Source of the DNA: an uncultured Pelagibacteraceae bacterium
Lineage (GTDB): Bacteria; Pseudomonadota; Alphaproteobacteria; Pelagibacterales; Pelagibacteraceae
Direction of reading: 5' to 3'
Length of the DNA stretch: 63,179 nucleotides
Assembly: GCA_902607525.1 (NCBI GenBank)
Contig: CACLKK010000001.1
Location: 1 to 63,179, forward strand
Part shown: positions 35,425 through 50,441 of the stretch, piece after piece
Position numbering within the stretch: position 1 is the stretch's first letter
How the letters are laid out: the number at the start of each line of letters is the position of its first letter
Position numbers and translations under genes: made by a program
Notes under the pieces: generated by a model
What the model was told of the DNA's origin: nothing
Database searches by the model: none
The model's input: the letters and a program-made list of their open reading frames with translations, nothing else

Positions 35425-35970
35425 ATGTCTTTCGCAGTTATTCAAACAGGTGGCAAACAATATAAGGTTTCAACAAGTGAAATTCTTAAGATCGAAAGAC
35501 TTAAGGATGAAGAAGGAAAAACTATAGAATTTAAAAACGTCCTGTTTTTAAATGATAATAAAACTACTGAAATTGGAAATCCAAATATTGAAGGTGCAAA
35601 AGTCGAAGCAACCATTTTAAAAAATACAAAAAATAAAACTATATTGGTCTTTAAAAAAAGAAGAAGAAAAAATTCAAGAAAAAAATATGGCCACAGACAA
35701 CCTATTTCATTAATTAGAATAACAAAAATTTTTTCAAAAAACGGCAAACTAATATCTGAAGCTCAACCGCAAAAAAAACTAACAAAAGAAATTGTTAAAG
35801 GAGACAAGGTTAGAAAAGATCAAATGTTAGAGGCAAAAAAAATAAAAACAGAAGAAAAACAAAAAATTAAAAAAACATTAAAAAAAATAGAAGCAAAGGA
35901 AAAAAAAGTTACTGAAAATATTGAAAAAAAAGCAGTTAAAAAGAAATCTTTAACGATTAAAAAAAAGTGA
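35425..35970 (+). CDS. rplU: 50S ribosomal protein L21 with about 80-aa lysine-rich C-terminal extension
   Basis: The N-terminal ~100 aa (MSFAVIQTGGKQYKV...KKRRRKNSRKKYGHRQP...RI) form a canonical bL21. The remaining residues are K/E-rich. Confidence 0.9.
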   Translation: MSFAVIQTGGKQYKVSTSEILKIERLKDEEGKTIEFKNVLFLNDNKTTEIGNPNIEGAKVEATILKNTKNKTILVFKKRRRKNSRKKYGHRQPISLIRITKIFSKNGKLISEAQPQKKLTKEIVKGDKVRKDQMLEAKKIKTEEKQKIKKTLKKIEAKEKKVTENIEKKAVKKKSLTIKKK

Positions 35971-35995
35971 TACTATTAAAGTAGGGTATTAAAAC

Positions 35996-36250
35996 ATGGC
36001 AACAAAAAAAGCAGGTGGATCATCGCGTAACGGCCGAGATAGTGCTGGAAGACGTCTAGGAGTGAAAAGATACGGCGGTCAATTAGTGCTACCAGGAAAT
36101 ATTATTGTAAGACAAAGAGGAACAAGGATACATCCAGGTAATCATGTAGGTATGGGTAAAGACCACTCAATATTCTCTTTGGTTAAAGGAAAAGTTCAGT
36201 TTAAAACATCAAAACTAAACAGAACATTTGTTTCTGTTATCCCCAGCTAA
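35996..36250 (+). CDS. rpmA: 50S ribosomal protein L27
   Basis: 84 aa. [29 protein letters not shown]...[11 protein letters not shown]. Confidence 0.95.
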   Translation: MATKKAGGSSRNGRDSAGRRLGVKRYGGQLVLPGNIIVRQRGTRIHPGNHVGMGKDHSIFSLVKGKVQFKTSKLNRTFVSVIPS

Positions 36251-36287
36251 TCTCTTACAACTTCAAAATTAATTTTATTGTAGTTGA

Positions 36288-38370
<2,083 letters not shown>

Positions 38371-38372
38371 AA

Positions 38373-39635
38373 ATGACTAAAAATTCTTACATGATGAAAG
38401 TGGGTAAAAAAGCAAAAATTGCTTCTTTAAATTTATCTAAAATAAGCATTAAAAAAAGAAATTCTGTTTTACAGCAGTTTTGTAAATTTTTAAAAATTAA
38501 TTCTAAGTTAATTTTAAATTCAAATAAAAAAGATATATCTAAAGCAAAATCTAAAAAATTAAAAGATAGTATGATTGACAGGCTTAGATTGGATCATAAA
38601 AAAATTGAACAAATTAGAAATTCAATAAAAGAAATAATTAAGTTTAAAGATCCTTTGGGTAAAACTTTATCTAGTTGGAAAAGACCAAACGGTCTAATAA
38701 TTAAAAAAGTTTCTATACCTATTGGTGTAATTGGTGTGATTTATGAAAGTAGACCAAATGTTACTTCTGATGTTTCTGCTTTATGTTTTAAATCTGGAAA
38801 TGTGGTAATTTTACGTGGTGGCTCTGAAGCATTTCACTCCAATAAAGTTATAGCTAAACTTTTTCGTAAAGCCTTAAAAAAGAAAAAATGTGATGAAAAT
38901 TGTATTCAGTTTATTGAAGATAAAAATAGGAAACATGTTGATTATTTATTATCAGGTATGAAAAATTATGTAGATGTAATAATTCCAAGAGGAGGAAAAA
39001 GTTTAGTTAAAAAAGTTTTAAAAAAATCATCAGTTTCAATTATTGGTCACTATGAAGGATTGTGTCATGTTTACATAAATAAAGATTCAAACTTAAGCAT
39101 GGCTATTAAAGTTGTTAAAAATTCAAAAATGAGAAATGTTAGTATTTGTGGTGCAGCTGAAACTTTATTGATAGATAAAAAATGTCTCAAAACTCACTGT
39201 AAACCAATACTAAATAAGCTGAGTGAGCTTGGATGTAAAATTGTAGGCGATAAAAGTATTAAAAATTTTATTTCAAAAAAAATAAAAATTGCTACGAAGA
39301 AAGATTGGGAAACGGAATACCTGTCTCCTATAATTTCAGTAAAAAGTGTTAATGGAGTAGAAGAGGCCATACAGCATATAAATCAATATGGTTCTTCACA
39401 TACAGATTCTATAATCACAAGGAATAAAAAAGTAGCACAAAAATTTCTAACAAATATTAAAAGTTCTATCGCCATACATAATGCATCAACACAATTTGCT
39501 GACGGAGGGGAATTTGGTTTTGGAGCTGAAGTAGGCATATCAACAAATAAACTCCATCCTCGAGGTCCAATTGGTATTGATCAACTTACTACATATAAGT
39601 ACATTTTAAATGGTAGAGGACAAATAAGGAAATAA
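38373..39635 (+). CDS. proA: Glutamate-5-semialdehyde dehydrogenase
   Basis: 420 aa. IYESRPNVT, ILRGGSEA, CGAAETLLI and NASTQFADGGEFGFGAE. Confidence 0.9.
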   Translation: MTKNSYMMKVGKKAKIASLNLSKISIKKRNSVLQQFCKFLKINSKLILNSNKKDISKAKSKKLKDSMIDRLRLDHKKIEQIRNSIKEIIKFKDPLGKTLSSWKRPNGLIIKKVSIPIGVIGVIYESRPNVTSDVSALCFKSGNVVILRGGSEAFHSNKVIAKLFRKALKKKKCDENCIQFIEDKNRKHVDYLLSGMKNYVDVIIPRGGKSLVKKVLKKSSVSIIGHYEGLCHVYINKDSNLSMAIKVVKNSKMRNVSICGAAETLLIDKKCLKTHCKPILNKLSELGCKIVGDKSIKNFISKKIKIATKKDWETEYLSPIISVKSVNGVEEAIQHINQYGSSHTDSIITRNKKVAQKFLTNIKSSIAIHNASTQFADGGEFGFGAEVGISTNKLHPRGPIGIDQLTTYKYILNGRGQIRK

Positions 39636-39638
39636 TAT

Positions 39639-40163
39639 TTGTATAAATCTTTAGAAAAAAAATATATTAAAATTGGTATCTTGGGAGGCACTTTTGATCC
39701 TCCTCATAAAGGACACTTATATATCTCAAAAGTTGCAATAAAAAAACTTAAATTAAATAAACTAATTTGGATAGTAACAAAAAAAAATCCATTAAAAAGA
39801 AAACCTTATTTAAATCTAAAAACGAGAATAAATTTAGCGAAAAAAATAACTTTTAAAGAAAAAAAAATTAGCGTTAAGCATTATGAAAATAAAATAAAAT
39901 CTGCTACCACATATAAGTTACTTAATTATATTAAAAAAAAAAATACAAAGATGTTTTTTTTAATTGGAGCTGATAATTTGACAAAATTTCATAAATGGTA
40001 TAATTGGAAAAAAATACCTAGACTTGCTAAAATAGTGGTTTTTCCCAGAAAGAATTATAATATTAAATCAATAGCCACTAAAAAGCTTGATAAAAAAGAC
40101 TTGATATACATAAGATCAAAAAAAATAAATATTTCATCTTCATTAATCAGAAAATTTTGGTAA
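39639..40163 (+). CDS. nadD: Nicotinate-nucleotide adenylyltransferase
   Basis: 174 aa with a TTG start. GGTFDPPHKGH and ISSSLIR motifs. Confidence 0.85.
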   Translation: MYKSLEKKYIKIGILGGTFDPPHKGHLYISKVAIKKLKLNKLIWIVTKKNPLKRKPYLNLKTRINLAKKITFKEKKISVKHYENKIKSATTYKLLNYIKKKNTKMFFLIGADNLTKFHKWYNWKKIPRLAKIVVFPRKNYNIKSIATKKLDKKDLIYIRSKKINISSSLIRKFW

Positions 40164-40180
40164 CATAAATTTTAATACAG

Positions 40181-40531
40181 ATGAGAGAAATTAATCAGCT
40201 TAAAAAAGAGATTGAAAATATATTGAGTGATAATAAAGCTATAGAAATAAAATCAATAAATTTGAAAGATAAAACTTCAATTGCTGATTTTATGATAATT
40301 GCTACTGGTAATTCCTCAAGACATATACAAGCTTTGTCAGAAATATTGCTAGATAGACTTAGGGAAAAAGGAATCAACAATTGCCACCTAGAAGGAAACA
40401 ATAGCAATGATTGGAAACTAATTGATGCTAAGGATATTATAATTCATATATTTCACCCAGAAAAAAGAAAATTTTATGATCTGGAGAAAATGTGGTCTGA
40501 ATTAATTCCAAAGGAAAGATTAACTATATGA
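40181..40531 (+). CDS. rsfS: Ribosome silencing factor RsfS
   Basis: 116 aa. ADFMIIATGNSSRHIQAL...W.LID..DIIIHIF..E.R.FYDLEKMW. Confidence 0.85.
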   Translation: MREINQLKKEIENILSDNKAIEIKSINLKDKTSIADFMIIATGNSSRHIQALSEILLDRLREKGINNCHLEGNNSNDWKLIDAKDIIIHIFHPEKRKFYDLEKMWSELIPKERLTI

Positions 40532-41682
40532 TAAAAAAAAATTACTTAAATCATATTTTAATTTTAGCTCTATTAATATTGCTAAATTTTTCAAATAAAG
40601 TTTATTCAGAGAATGTTGATAAATTATATGAAAAAATTGATCTCTTTAGTGAAGTTTTGGAAAAAATTCAAAATGAATATGTAGATGAAGTAGATCAGGC
40701 AGATACAATGGATGCAGCAATTAATGGAGTTCTGCAATCTTTAGATCCGTACTCTGCGTATATGAATCCTGAAATTTTTCAAGAATCACAAACTGAAACG
40801 AGTGGAGAGTTTGGTGGCTTAGGAATAGAAGTTAGTATGGAAGCAGGCGTAGTAAAAGTGATATCCCCAATAGATGACACGCCGGCATCAAGAGCAGGTG
40901 TAAAGGCTGGTGATTATATTGTTAGAATTAATGGCGAACAAGTCCAAGGAAAAACATTAATGGAAGCAGTTAATTTAATGAGAGGTCCAGTTGGTAGCTC
41001 CATTGAGATTACAATAAGAAGAAAAGGTTTAAAAAAAGCAAAGGTCATCAAAATTACAAGGGAAATAATTGAAATCAAGTCAGTAGTTTCTAAAGAAGTT
41101 GACGATAAAATTGGATATCTTAGGCTGAGAGCTTTTAATGAAAATAGCAGCAACCAGTTAAAAAAAGAAATTTCTAAAATAGAAAAAAATAAAAAAAATA
41201 TTGGATATATTCTTGATCTCAGAAATAATCCTGGTGGACTTTTATCTCAAGCAATAAAAATTTCAGACTTTTTTCTAAATGACGGAGAAATTGTCTCAAC
41301 TAAAGGAAGAAAAAATAGAGAAAATAGAAAATTTTTTGCTAAAAAAGGAGATAAAATTAATGGAAAACCACTAATAGTTTTAATTAACAATGGGTCAGCA
41401 TCGGCAGCTGAAATTGTTGCTGGCGCCCTACAAGATCAAAAAAGGGCAGTATTATTAGGAGAGTCAACTTACGGCAAAGGATCTGTCCAATCAATTATAC
41501 CTCTTAAAAATAGAGGAGCAATAAGACTAACAGTTTCAAAATACTATTTACCATCAGGAAAATCAATTTCAGAAGTAGGAGTTATCCCTGACATTAGAGT
41601 AGAGGAAGAAGGGGAAGAATTTTCTATAAACACAGAAACAGATAACCAACTAAATTATGCACTAAAACTCATTAGTGGTTAG
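40528..41682 (+). CDS. ctpA: Carboxy-terminal processing peptidase (S41 family) with PDZ domain
   Basis: 384 aa. Signal anchor, PDZ (GGLGIEV...SPIDDTPASRAGVKAGD) and S41 catalytic region LDLRNNPGG...NGSASAAEIVAGALQD. Confidence 0.9.
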   Translation: MIKKNYLNHILILALLILLNFSNKVYSENVDKLYEKIDLFSEVLEKIQNEYVDEVDQADTMDAAINGVLQSLDPYSAYMNPEIFQESQTETSGEFGGLGIEVSMEAGVVKVISPIDDTPASRAGVKAGDYIVRINGEQVQGKTLMEAVNLMRGPVGSSIEITIRRKGLKKAKVIKITREIIEIKSVVSKEVDDKIGYLRLRAFNENSSNQLKKEISKIEKNKKNIGYILDLRNNPGGLLSQAIKISDFFLNDGEIVSTKGRKNRENRKFFAKKGDKINGKPLIVLINNGSASAAEIVAGALQDQKRAVLLGESTYGKGSVQSIIPLKNRGAIRLTVSKYYLPSGKSISEVGVIPDIRVEEEGEEFSINTETDNQLNYALKLISG

Positions 41683-42166
41683 ACTTTTAATGAATGACTA
41701 CAAAGAATTACCATTAAGAATTGGCGTAGGAATAGTTCTCTTAAATAAAAAAAATAAAGTTTTTGTTGGTAAAAGAATAGACAATCCTGAAAATTTTTGG
41801 CAAATGCCGCAAGGGGGCGTTGATCAAAACGAAAATTTATTACAAGCAGCAAAGAGAGAGCTTGAGGAAGAAACTGGAATAAAATCAGTAGAATTGGTTA
41901 AAGAATTAAAAGAATGGCTTCAATACGATTTGCCAAAAAATCTTTTAGGTAAAATTTGGGGAGGTAAATACAGGGGCCAAAATCAGAAGTGGTTTATTAT
42001 GAATTTTATTGGAAAAGATGATGAAATAAATATCAAGACTAAAAATCCAGAATTTTTAGATTGGAAATGGATTCAAGTCTCAGAGCTACCTAAAATAGCA
42101 GTAACTTTTAAAGTTGAATTATATAAAAAAATTAAAGAAGAACTAGAAACTCTAAAATTATATTAA
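41675..42166 (+). CDS. rppH: RNA pyrophosphohydrolase (Nudix)
   Basis: 163 aa. Nudix box QMPQGGVDQNENLLQAAKRELEEETG. GTG at 41675, with an alternative ATG at 41690. Confidence 0.85.
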   Translation: MVRLLMNDYKELPLRIGVGIVLLNKKNKVFVGKRIDNPENFWQMPQGGVDQNENLLQAAKRELEEETGIKSVELVKELKEWLQYDLPKNLLGKIWGGKYRGQNQKWFIMNFIGKDDEINIKTKNPEFLDWKWIQVSELPKIAVTFKVELYKKIKEELETLKLY

Positions 42167-42557
42167 ACTCTTATTTCTTTAATTGTATCAAGCTTGTGAT
42201 TAAGTATATAGCGTTCGTGATCTGTAATATCTTTTTTAGAAAGTTTTTCCACGGTATCCTTGCTCAATTTTTCCATGAAATCTTTTGTTAAATCCTTTAT
42301 ACTTACGGCTGAAGCTGAAAGAATAACAAGTGTATCATTAAAATATTCAATGGTACCATCCTCAACAAAAAATTCATTATAACTATTTTCGTTTGTTTGT
42401 ACTTTTACTACTCCTGGTCTTAAAAAAGTAATTATTGAAATATGATTTTTTAATATACTCATATCACCTTCATATGAAGGTAATGTTGCCATTCTAACTT
42501 TTCCTGAAAATATAATTTTTTCTGGACTAATTATTTCAAGATTGAAATTATCTTCCA

Positions 42558-42558
<1 letters not shown>
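42163..42558 (-). CDS. atpC: F1 ATP synthase epsilon subunit
   Basis: 131 aa. Last gene of atpHAGDC, with start/stop overlap with atpD. Confidence 0.9.
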
Positions 42559-44865
<2,307 letters not shown>

Positions 44866-44870
44866 AGTTT

Positions 44871-46400
44871 TTATTTATTTTTTTTAAAATTTTCGATAAT
44901 TGTAATTAATTTTTTTTCTATTTTCTCTTCAAGTTTTCCAGTATTATTTATACTATCAATAATATCAGGACTATTTTTTTTTATTTCTTCATAAATCTTT
45001 TTCTCTGTGATTTTAATTTTAGAAATCTCTACGTCATCTAAGAAACCTTTTACACCAGAAAAAACAGCAATTACTTGTTGTGCTACATGCATAGGAGAGT
45101 ATTGGTCTTGCTTTAAAAGTTCAGTTAATTTAGATCCTCTATTTAACAACTTTTGAGTTGAAGCATCTAAATCTGAGCCAAACTGAGCAAACGCTGCCAT
45201 TTCCCTATATTGAGCCAATTCTAATTTTATTGAGCCCGCAACTTTTTTCATAGCTTTTGTTTGTGCTGCGGACCCAACCCTTGATACTGATAAACCTACA
45301 TTAACTGCTGGTCTTATCCCTTGATTAAATAATTCAGTCTCTAAGAAAATTTGTCCATCTGTAATAGAAATTACGTTCGTTGGTATATATGCAGAAACGT
45401 CTCCTGCTTGTGTTTCAATTATTGGTAAAGCTGTAAGAGATCCTCCTCCATTATCATCATTAAGTTTAGCTGCTCTTTCCAATAATCTACTATGTAAATA
45501 AAATACGTCTCCTGGGTAAGCTTCCCTTCCTGGTGGTCTTCTTAAAAGAAGTGACATTTGTCTATAGGCGACTGCTTGTTTAGACAAATCATCATATATA
45601 ATTAATGCATGCATTCCATTATCTCTAAAATACTCACCCATGGTGCAACCAGTGTAGGGTGCTAAAAATTGTAAAGGTGCAGGATCTGAAGCTGTTGCTG
45701 AAACAATAGTTGTGTATTCCATAGCTCCTGCGTCTTCTAACGATTTAACAATTTGAGCAACTGTCGATCTTTTCTGTCCTATAGCAACATAAATACAATA
45801 AAGTTTATCTTTTTCCTCTCCTGATTTATTTATTTCTTTTTGATTAATAATTGTATCTATAGCAACTGCAGTCTTTCCTGTTTGTCTATCTCCAATAATT
45901 AATTCACGTTGTCCTCTTCCAATCGGGATCAAACTATCTATTGCTTTAAGTCCAGTTTGCATAGGTTGATTTACAGATTTTCTAGGAATAATTCCTGGAG
46001 CTTTTACATCAACTCTTTTTCTTTCTAGCTTTTTATCTAAATCACCTTTTCCATCTATTGGATTTCCTAGCGCATCCACTACTCTTCCTAATAAATTTTT
46101 TCCAACAGGAGTATCAACAATTGCTTCTGTTCTTTTTACTACATCGCCTTCTTTTATTGATCTGTCATCTCCAAAAATTACTACTCCTACATTGTCACTT
46201 TCTAAATTTAATGCCATTCCTTTTATTCCGCCAGAAAACTCGACCATTTCTCCAGCTTGTACATTGTCCAATCCATAAACACGAGCAATGCCGTCTCCAA
46301 CAGATAAAACTTGTCCTACTTCCGAAACTTCAGCTTTTTCTCCAAATTTTTTAATTTGCTCTTTTAAAATTTTTGTAACTTCAGAAGGGTTAATTTGCAT
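44871..46400 (-). CDS. atpA: F1 ATP synthase alpha subunit
   Basis: 509 aa. Walker A GDRQTGKT plus the conserved [27 protein letters not shown]. Confidence 0.96.
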   Translation of the reverse strand: MQINPSEVTKILKEQIKKFGEKAEVSEVGQVLSVGDGIARVYGLDNVQAGEMVEFSGGIKGMALNLESDNVGVVIFGDDRSIKEGDVVKRTEAIVDTPVGKNLLGRVVDALGNPIDGKGDLDKKLERKRVDVKAPGIIPRKSVNQPMQTGLKAIDSLIPIGRGQRELIIGDRQTGKTAVAIDTIINQKEINKSGEEKDKLYCIYVAIGQKRSTVAQIVKSLEDAGAMEYTTIVSATASDPAPLQFLAPYTGCTMGEYFRDNGMHALIIYDDLSKQAVAYRQMSLLLRRPPGREAYPGDVFYLHSRLLERAAKLNDDNGGGSLTALPIIETQAGDVSAYIPTNVISITDGQIFLETELFNQGIRPAVNVGLSVSRVGSAAQTKAMKKVAGSIKLELAQYREMAAFAQFGSDLDASTQKLLNRGSKLTELLKQDQYSPMHVAQQVIAVFSGVKGFLDDVEISKIKITEKKIYEEIKKNSPDIIDSINNTGKLEEKIEKKLITIIENFKKNK

Positions 46401-46401
46401 A

Positions 46402-46959
46402 CTACGCCTCTAACATATTTTTTTCTAATTTTTTTAATTTTGTTTTTACAGAAGTATCAATCATGACGCTTCCAATTTGGATAATTAAACCAGCTATTAA
46501 ATCAGGATCATGTATATAATCTAGATTTAAAGAAGATTTAAAATCTTTAGATAAATCATTCTGGATTTTTTTTTGCTCATCTTGTGAAAGTTTTTTTGAT
46601 GAGATTAGTTTTGCTTTTAGTTCACCTTTATTTCTTGATACTAAGTTAAGAAAACTTTCAATAATTTTATTTAAAAAAAATAATCTATTTTTTATAGCAA
46701 CGAAACCTAAAAAATTTTTTAGAATTTTAGAAAAATTATTTTGATCAGCTATTGCAAATATGACATTTTTTTTATCATCTTTTGTAACAGTAGGGCTTAG
46801 AATCATATTATTAAAACTAGAGTTTTCTATTAATAATTTGCCTAAACTTTTCATTCCTTCTTCAACTTTATCAATCTCAGAGCTTTCTTTTGAAAGCTCA
46901 TAAAGAGCTGTCGCATAACTAAATGAAGTAGAATTTGTAAATGTTGATTTTGAACTCAA
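46402..46959 (-). CDS. atpH: F1 ATP synthase delta (OSCP) subunit
   Basis: 185 aa with a TTG start and GGGAG 6-7 nt upstream. First gene of the F1 cluster. Confidence 0.85.
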   Translation of the reverse strand: MSSKSTFTNSTSFSYATALYELSKESSEIDKVEEGMKSLGKLLIENSSFNNMILSPTVTKDDKKNVIFAIADQNNFSKILKNFLGFVAIKNRLFFLNKIIESFLNLVSRNKGELKAKLISSKKLSQDEQKKIQNDLSKDFKSSLNLDYIHDPDLIAGLIIQIGSVMIDTSVKTKLKKLEKNMLEA

Positions 46960-47060
46960 TTTTTGCTCCCAAAAGACTCGTTTTGTATGAAATTATACTA
47001 GTAAATTCAACATGTTCTATTGTATCTTTTTGTCTTTGTTAAGACTAATAAATCCTTCGT

Positions 47061-49022
47061 TTAACTGAAATTAATTGGGTCAACATCAACCTCTAGTTTT
47101 ATTCCGGACACATTCTTTATTCTATTTAATGAATGGGATAAATATTTCTGAATAAACAAATCTTTTGGGTATCTTATTAAAATTCTACATCTATACTTTT
47201 TTCTTAATTTGGTAATTGGAGCTAGGACTGGACCTAAAATATTTACATTATTTATTTTAGGAAGTTTTCCCTTTAGATTTGTTGCAAATTTCATTATCAA
47301 TTGTTCGTTTTTTCCAGAAATTATTAAAGATATAAGTCGGTAGAAAGGGGGTAATTTTTTTTCTTTTCTAAGTAACAATTCCTTTTGTAAAAAAGCATGT
47401 GGATCATTTTTAGATATATTTAAAAGTATTTCATCATTTGGGGTATATGTTTGAAAAAAGATTGTAGATAAATTTCCTTCCCTTCCTGCTCTTCCAGTTA
47501 GTTGATGGTATAATTGAATATTTTTTTCAGCAGATCTTAGGTCATATCCATGAGATGAAAAATCACTGTCAACAACTACAATGCAGTTTAATTTGGGAAA
47601 ATGAAAACCTTTTGATAATAGTTGAGTTCCTACTAAAATATCAATTTTTTTACTTTCGGCCTTTTTCAATAAAACATTAACTGACTTATTTTTTTTTAAG
47701 GTATCACTAGAAAAAATTTCTATCTTTTTGTTTGGATATATTTTTTTTAATTCAGCAAAAATTCTTTCTACTCCTGGACCACAAAATAAAAGCTCACACT
47801 TTTTATTATTTTCACAATTCCTTAACAGAGAAGATTTATGACCACAATAATGACAAAGTGCCTGGTTTAATTTTTTATGAAAATTTAGATTTATAGCACA
47901 ATTAGGACATTGAAATTTATATCCACAATTTTTGCAAATTATAAATGGAGCAAAACCTCTCCGGTTTAAAAAAAATAATACCTGCTCTCCTCTGTCTAAA
48001 TACTGATTGACTTTATTTATTGTTTTATTTGCTATCCAAGAATTTTTATTTAAGATTTCTGAATGTAAGTTTATAATTTCAATTTTTGGTAATGATGCTT
48101 TCTTATATCTATTTTTTAATTTGGTTATATGATATTTTTTAGTAACAATATTATTATAAGTTTCTATTGAAGGTATTGAAGTTACTAAATTTATTGGAAT
48201 ATTTTCTAAAGAAGCTCTCGTAATTGCCATATCTCTTGCATTGTAAGAAACTCCTTCATCCTGTTTGTATGATGGATCATGTTCTTCATCAACAATAATT
48301 ATTCCTAAATTTTTAAAAGGTAAAAAAAGGGATGATCTAGCTCCAATAACTATTTTAATTTTTCCTTCTGTAATACCTTTCCAGATTATAGATTTATTTT
48401 TTTTTGTTGTTCCGGAGTGCCAAATCGCAGGTTCTGATCCAAAAAATTCTTTAAATCTTCTACTAAATTGATCCGTGAGTGCTATTTCAGGAAGTAATAT
48501 TAGTGCTTGATGACCTTTAATAATCAAATCTTTAATTCTTTGAAAATAAACTAATGTTTTCCCAGATCCAGTCACACCTTCAAGTACTGTAACATTGTAG
48601 TTAGCTCCAATATTTCGAATAAAAGATAATGATTTTTTCTGTTCATCGTTTAAGAAAAACTTATTATCTTTATATTTAATTTTAAATTTATTGAATTCTT
48701 TATCGAAATTTTTTTCAACTACATCTTTATTTAATAGACACATTTTAAGTGACATTCCTAAAGGAACTAAATTGTATTTAGAAAACCATTTTATAAACTC
48801 AATCATCGAATAATTTAAATTTTTTACATTTATTTTTTTAGAAATTTTTTTAATTTTAAACTTTTTATCTGTCTTTTGTTTATCCGGCCAAACTACACCG
48901 GTAATTTCCTTAGAACCAAATGGTGCTCTTACAAAATCTCCAGAATTTAAAGATTCTGAAATTTCACTTTTATAGGTAAATGGATAATCAAAAATTTTTG
49001 GGAAAAGAACCGCTATCTTCAT
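47061..49022 (-). CDS. priA: Primosomal replication-restart helicase PriA
   Basis: 653 aa. Walker A GVTGSGKT, DEEH box, Cys-rich zinc region CKNCGYKFQCPNCAINLNFHK...CHYCGH, and LTGRAGR. Confidence 0.92.
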   Translation of the reverse strand: MKIAVLFPKIFDYPFTYKSEISESLNSGDFVRAPFGSKEITGVVWPDKQKTDKKFKIKKISKKINVKNLNYSMIEFIKWFSKYNLVPLGMSLKMCLLNKDVVEKNFDKEFNKFKIKYKDNKFFLNDEQKKSLSFIRNIGANYNVTVLEGVTGSGKTLVYFQRIKDLIIKGHQALILLPEIALTDQFSRRFKEFFGSEPAIWHSGTTKKNKSIIWKGITEGKIKIVIGARSSLFLPFKNLGIIIVDEEHDPSYKQDEGVSYNARDMAITRASLENIPINLVTSIPSIETYNNIVTKKYHITKLKNRYKKASLPKIEIINLHSEILNKNSWIANKTINKVNQYLDRGEQVLFFLNRRGFAPFIICKNCGYKFQCPNCAINLNFHKKLNQALCHYCGHKSSLLRNCENNKKCELLFCGPGVERIFAELKKIYPNKKIEIFSSDTLKKNKSVNVLLKKAESKKIDILVGTQLLSKGFHFPKLNCIVVVDSDFSSHGYDLRSAEKNIQLYHQLTGRAGREGNLSTIFFQTYTPNDEILLNISKNDPHAFLQKELLLRKEKKLPPFYRLISLIISGKNEQLIMKFATNLKGKLPKINNVNILGPVLAPITKLRKKYRCRILIRYPKDLFIQKYLSHSLNRIKNVSGIKLEVDVDPINFS

Positions 49023-50014
49023 TTTTTAATAATTTTTCTTCTAATTTTTTTTGGTATATTGATATCAAGAATTTTTTTTAATTCTAAAAAAATTTCACCC
49101 TTCATTCTACTCTCCAATAATTGCCAAGTGTAAGGTATAAACTTTAAATAGCGATTTTTTTTATCTCTTTTAAAAAGTCTAGAAAAAATACCTATGATTT
49201 TTAAACTTCTTTGTACAGACAGTGTATTTAAATCTTCTAAAAATTTATTTGAATTATCTCTGTAAATTTTTAAAGTTTTTTTTAAGAAGTATTTATAAAT
49301 TTGGCTTTTAAGTTTTGTTGATGTTTTTATTCTTACATCATCAATCAATGAAAGCAAATCATAAGTAGGATTACCTATTAAAGCATCTTGGCTATCAATT
49401 ATTCCAATTTTTTTTCCAACCTTCATTAAATTTTGAGCGTGATAATCTCTGTGCACGAAACAAGAATTTGGAAAATTTAAATTATTATAGAGTTTTTGTA
49501 GAATTTTTTTTGATTTAATTTTTATATTTAAAGCTCTTTTTTTACTTAAAAACAAGGGTAAATACCAATCAAAAAATAAATCAGATTCTTGAAATAAATA
49601 TTTATTTGAATATTTTTCAACTAGGTGATGACCTCCAGCAATATTTGGGATTTTTGATTTTGGTTTTATTTTTTGGATTTTTAATAGGAGATCTACAAGT
49701 CTTTTATAAACTAGCAGTTTATTTTTTTTTTTATTTATTTCTTTATAAAAAGAAGTATTTCCAAAATCTTCTATAACGATTAGACCTTTAGAAAAGTTAT
49801 GTGTATAAAGTTCTGGAGTATATATTCTATTTTTTTTTAGAAATTTATTAATACTAGAATATGCAATTAAATTTTTATATTTTTCTTTTTCAGCTATAAC
49901 AATAATTTTGCTCTTTTTTTTTAGTATTATTCTGTAAAATTTCCTAAATGAAGCATCTCCTGCAATTTGGAGTATTTTAGATTCCATTAAATTTATAATC
50001 TTTCCACTTGCCAA
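49019..50014 (-). CDS. Aminoglycoside-phosphotransferase-fold kinase (AmgK-like anomeric sugar kinase family)
   Basis: 331 aa. GDASFRKFYRI, catalytic HRDYHAQNLM and IIDSQDA. Located directly after tsaE, as in the alphaproteobacterial tsaE-amgK arrangement. Confidence 0.7.
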   Translation of the reverse strand: MASGKIINLMESKILQIAGDASFRKFYRIILKKKSKIIVIAEKEKYKNLIAYSSINKFLKKNRIYTPELYTHNFSKGLIVIEDFGNTSFYKEINKKKNKLLVYKRLVDLLLKIQKIKPKSKIPNIAGGHHLVEKYSNKYLFQESDLFFDWYLPLFLSKKRALNIKIKSKKILQKLYNNLNFPNSCFVHRDYHAQNLMKVGKKIGIIDSQDALIGNPTYDLLSLIDDVRIKTSTKLKSQIYKYFLKKTLKIYRDNSNKFLEDLNTLSVQRSLKIIGIFSRLFKRDKKNRYLKFIPYTWQLLESRMKGEIFLELKKILDINIPKKIRRKIIKK

Positions 50015-50432
50015 AACCAGTAATTTCTACCTCTCTAGAATCCAATATGTTTGAATATTTAAATAAAATATCCAATCTATTTATTGGCTTTGGATCAATT
50101 AATTCGGGCCATTCTATAATTTTAATATTATCATCAAAAGTTTCAAACATACCTAATTGTGAAATGTCATTATAATTCTTTAGTCTGTAAAGATCATAAT
50201 GAAGAACTTTTATATTTCCAATATCATAATCATAAACTATGTTAAAGGTTGGACTCAATACATCGCTACTTTTAATTTTATTTTTACTTTCTAAATAATT
50301 TATAAAAAAGCGAACAAATGTTGTTTTGCCCACTCCAATTTCACCGTAAAGGAAAATTATATCGCCTTTATCAATTATTGTTGAAATATTTTGTGAAAAT
50401 TTTTTTGTGTCTTCTAATGATTTTAATTGCAT
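49977..50432 (-). CDS. tsaE: tRNA t6A biosynthesis ATPase TsaE (YjeE)
   Basis: 151 aa. P-loop LYGEIGVGKTTFVR and the SPTFNIV..Y motif. Confidence 0.88.
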   Translation of the reverse strand: MQLKSLEDTKKFSQNISTIIDKGDIIFLYGEIGVGKTTFVRFFINYLESKNKIKSSDVLSPTFNIVYDYDIGNIKVLHYDLYRLKNYNDISQLGMFETFDDNIKIIEWPELIDPKPINRLDILFKYSNILDSREVEITGFGKWKDYKFNGI

Positions 50433-50441
50433 CTACTATTG

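Noticed and set aside
46992-47020. Perfect TATAAT (minus strand, 46997..46992) upstream of atpH as the atp operon promoter.
   Set aside because: The best -35 at 16-17 nt is only TAGAAC/ATAGAA, which is too weak to call without TSS data.
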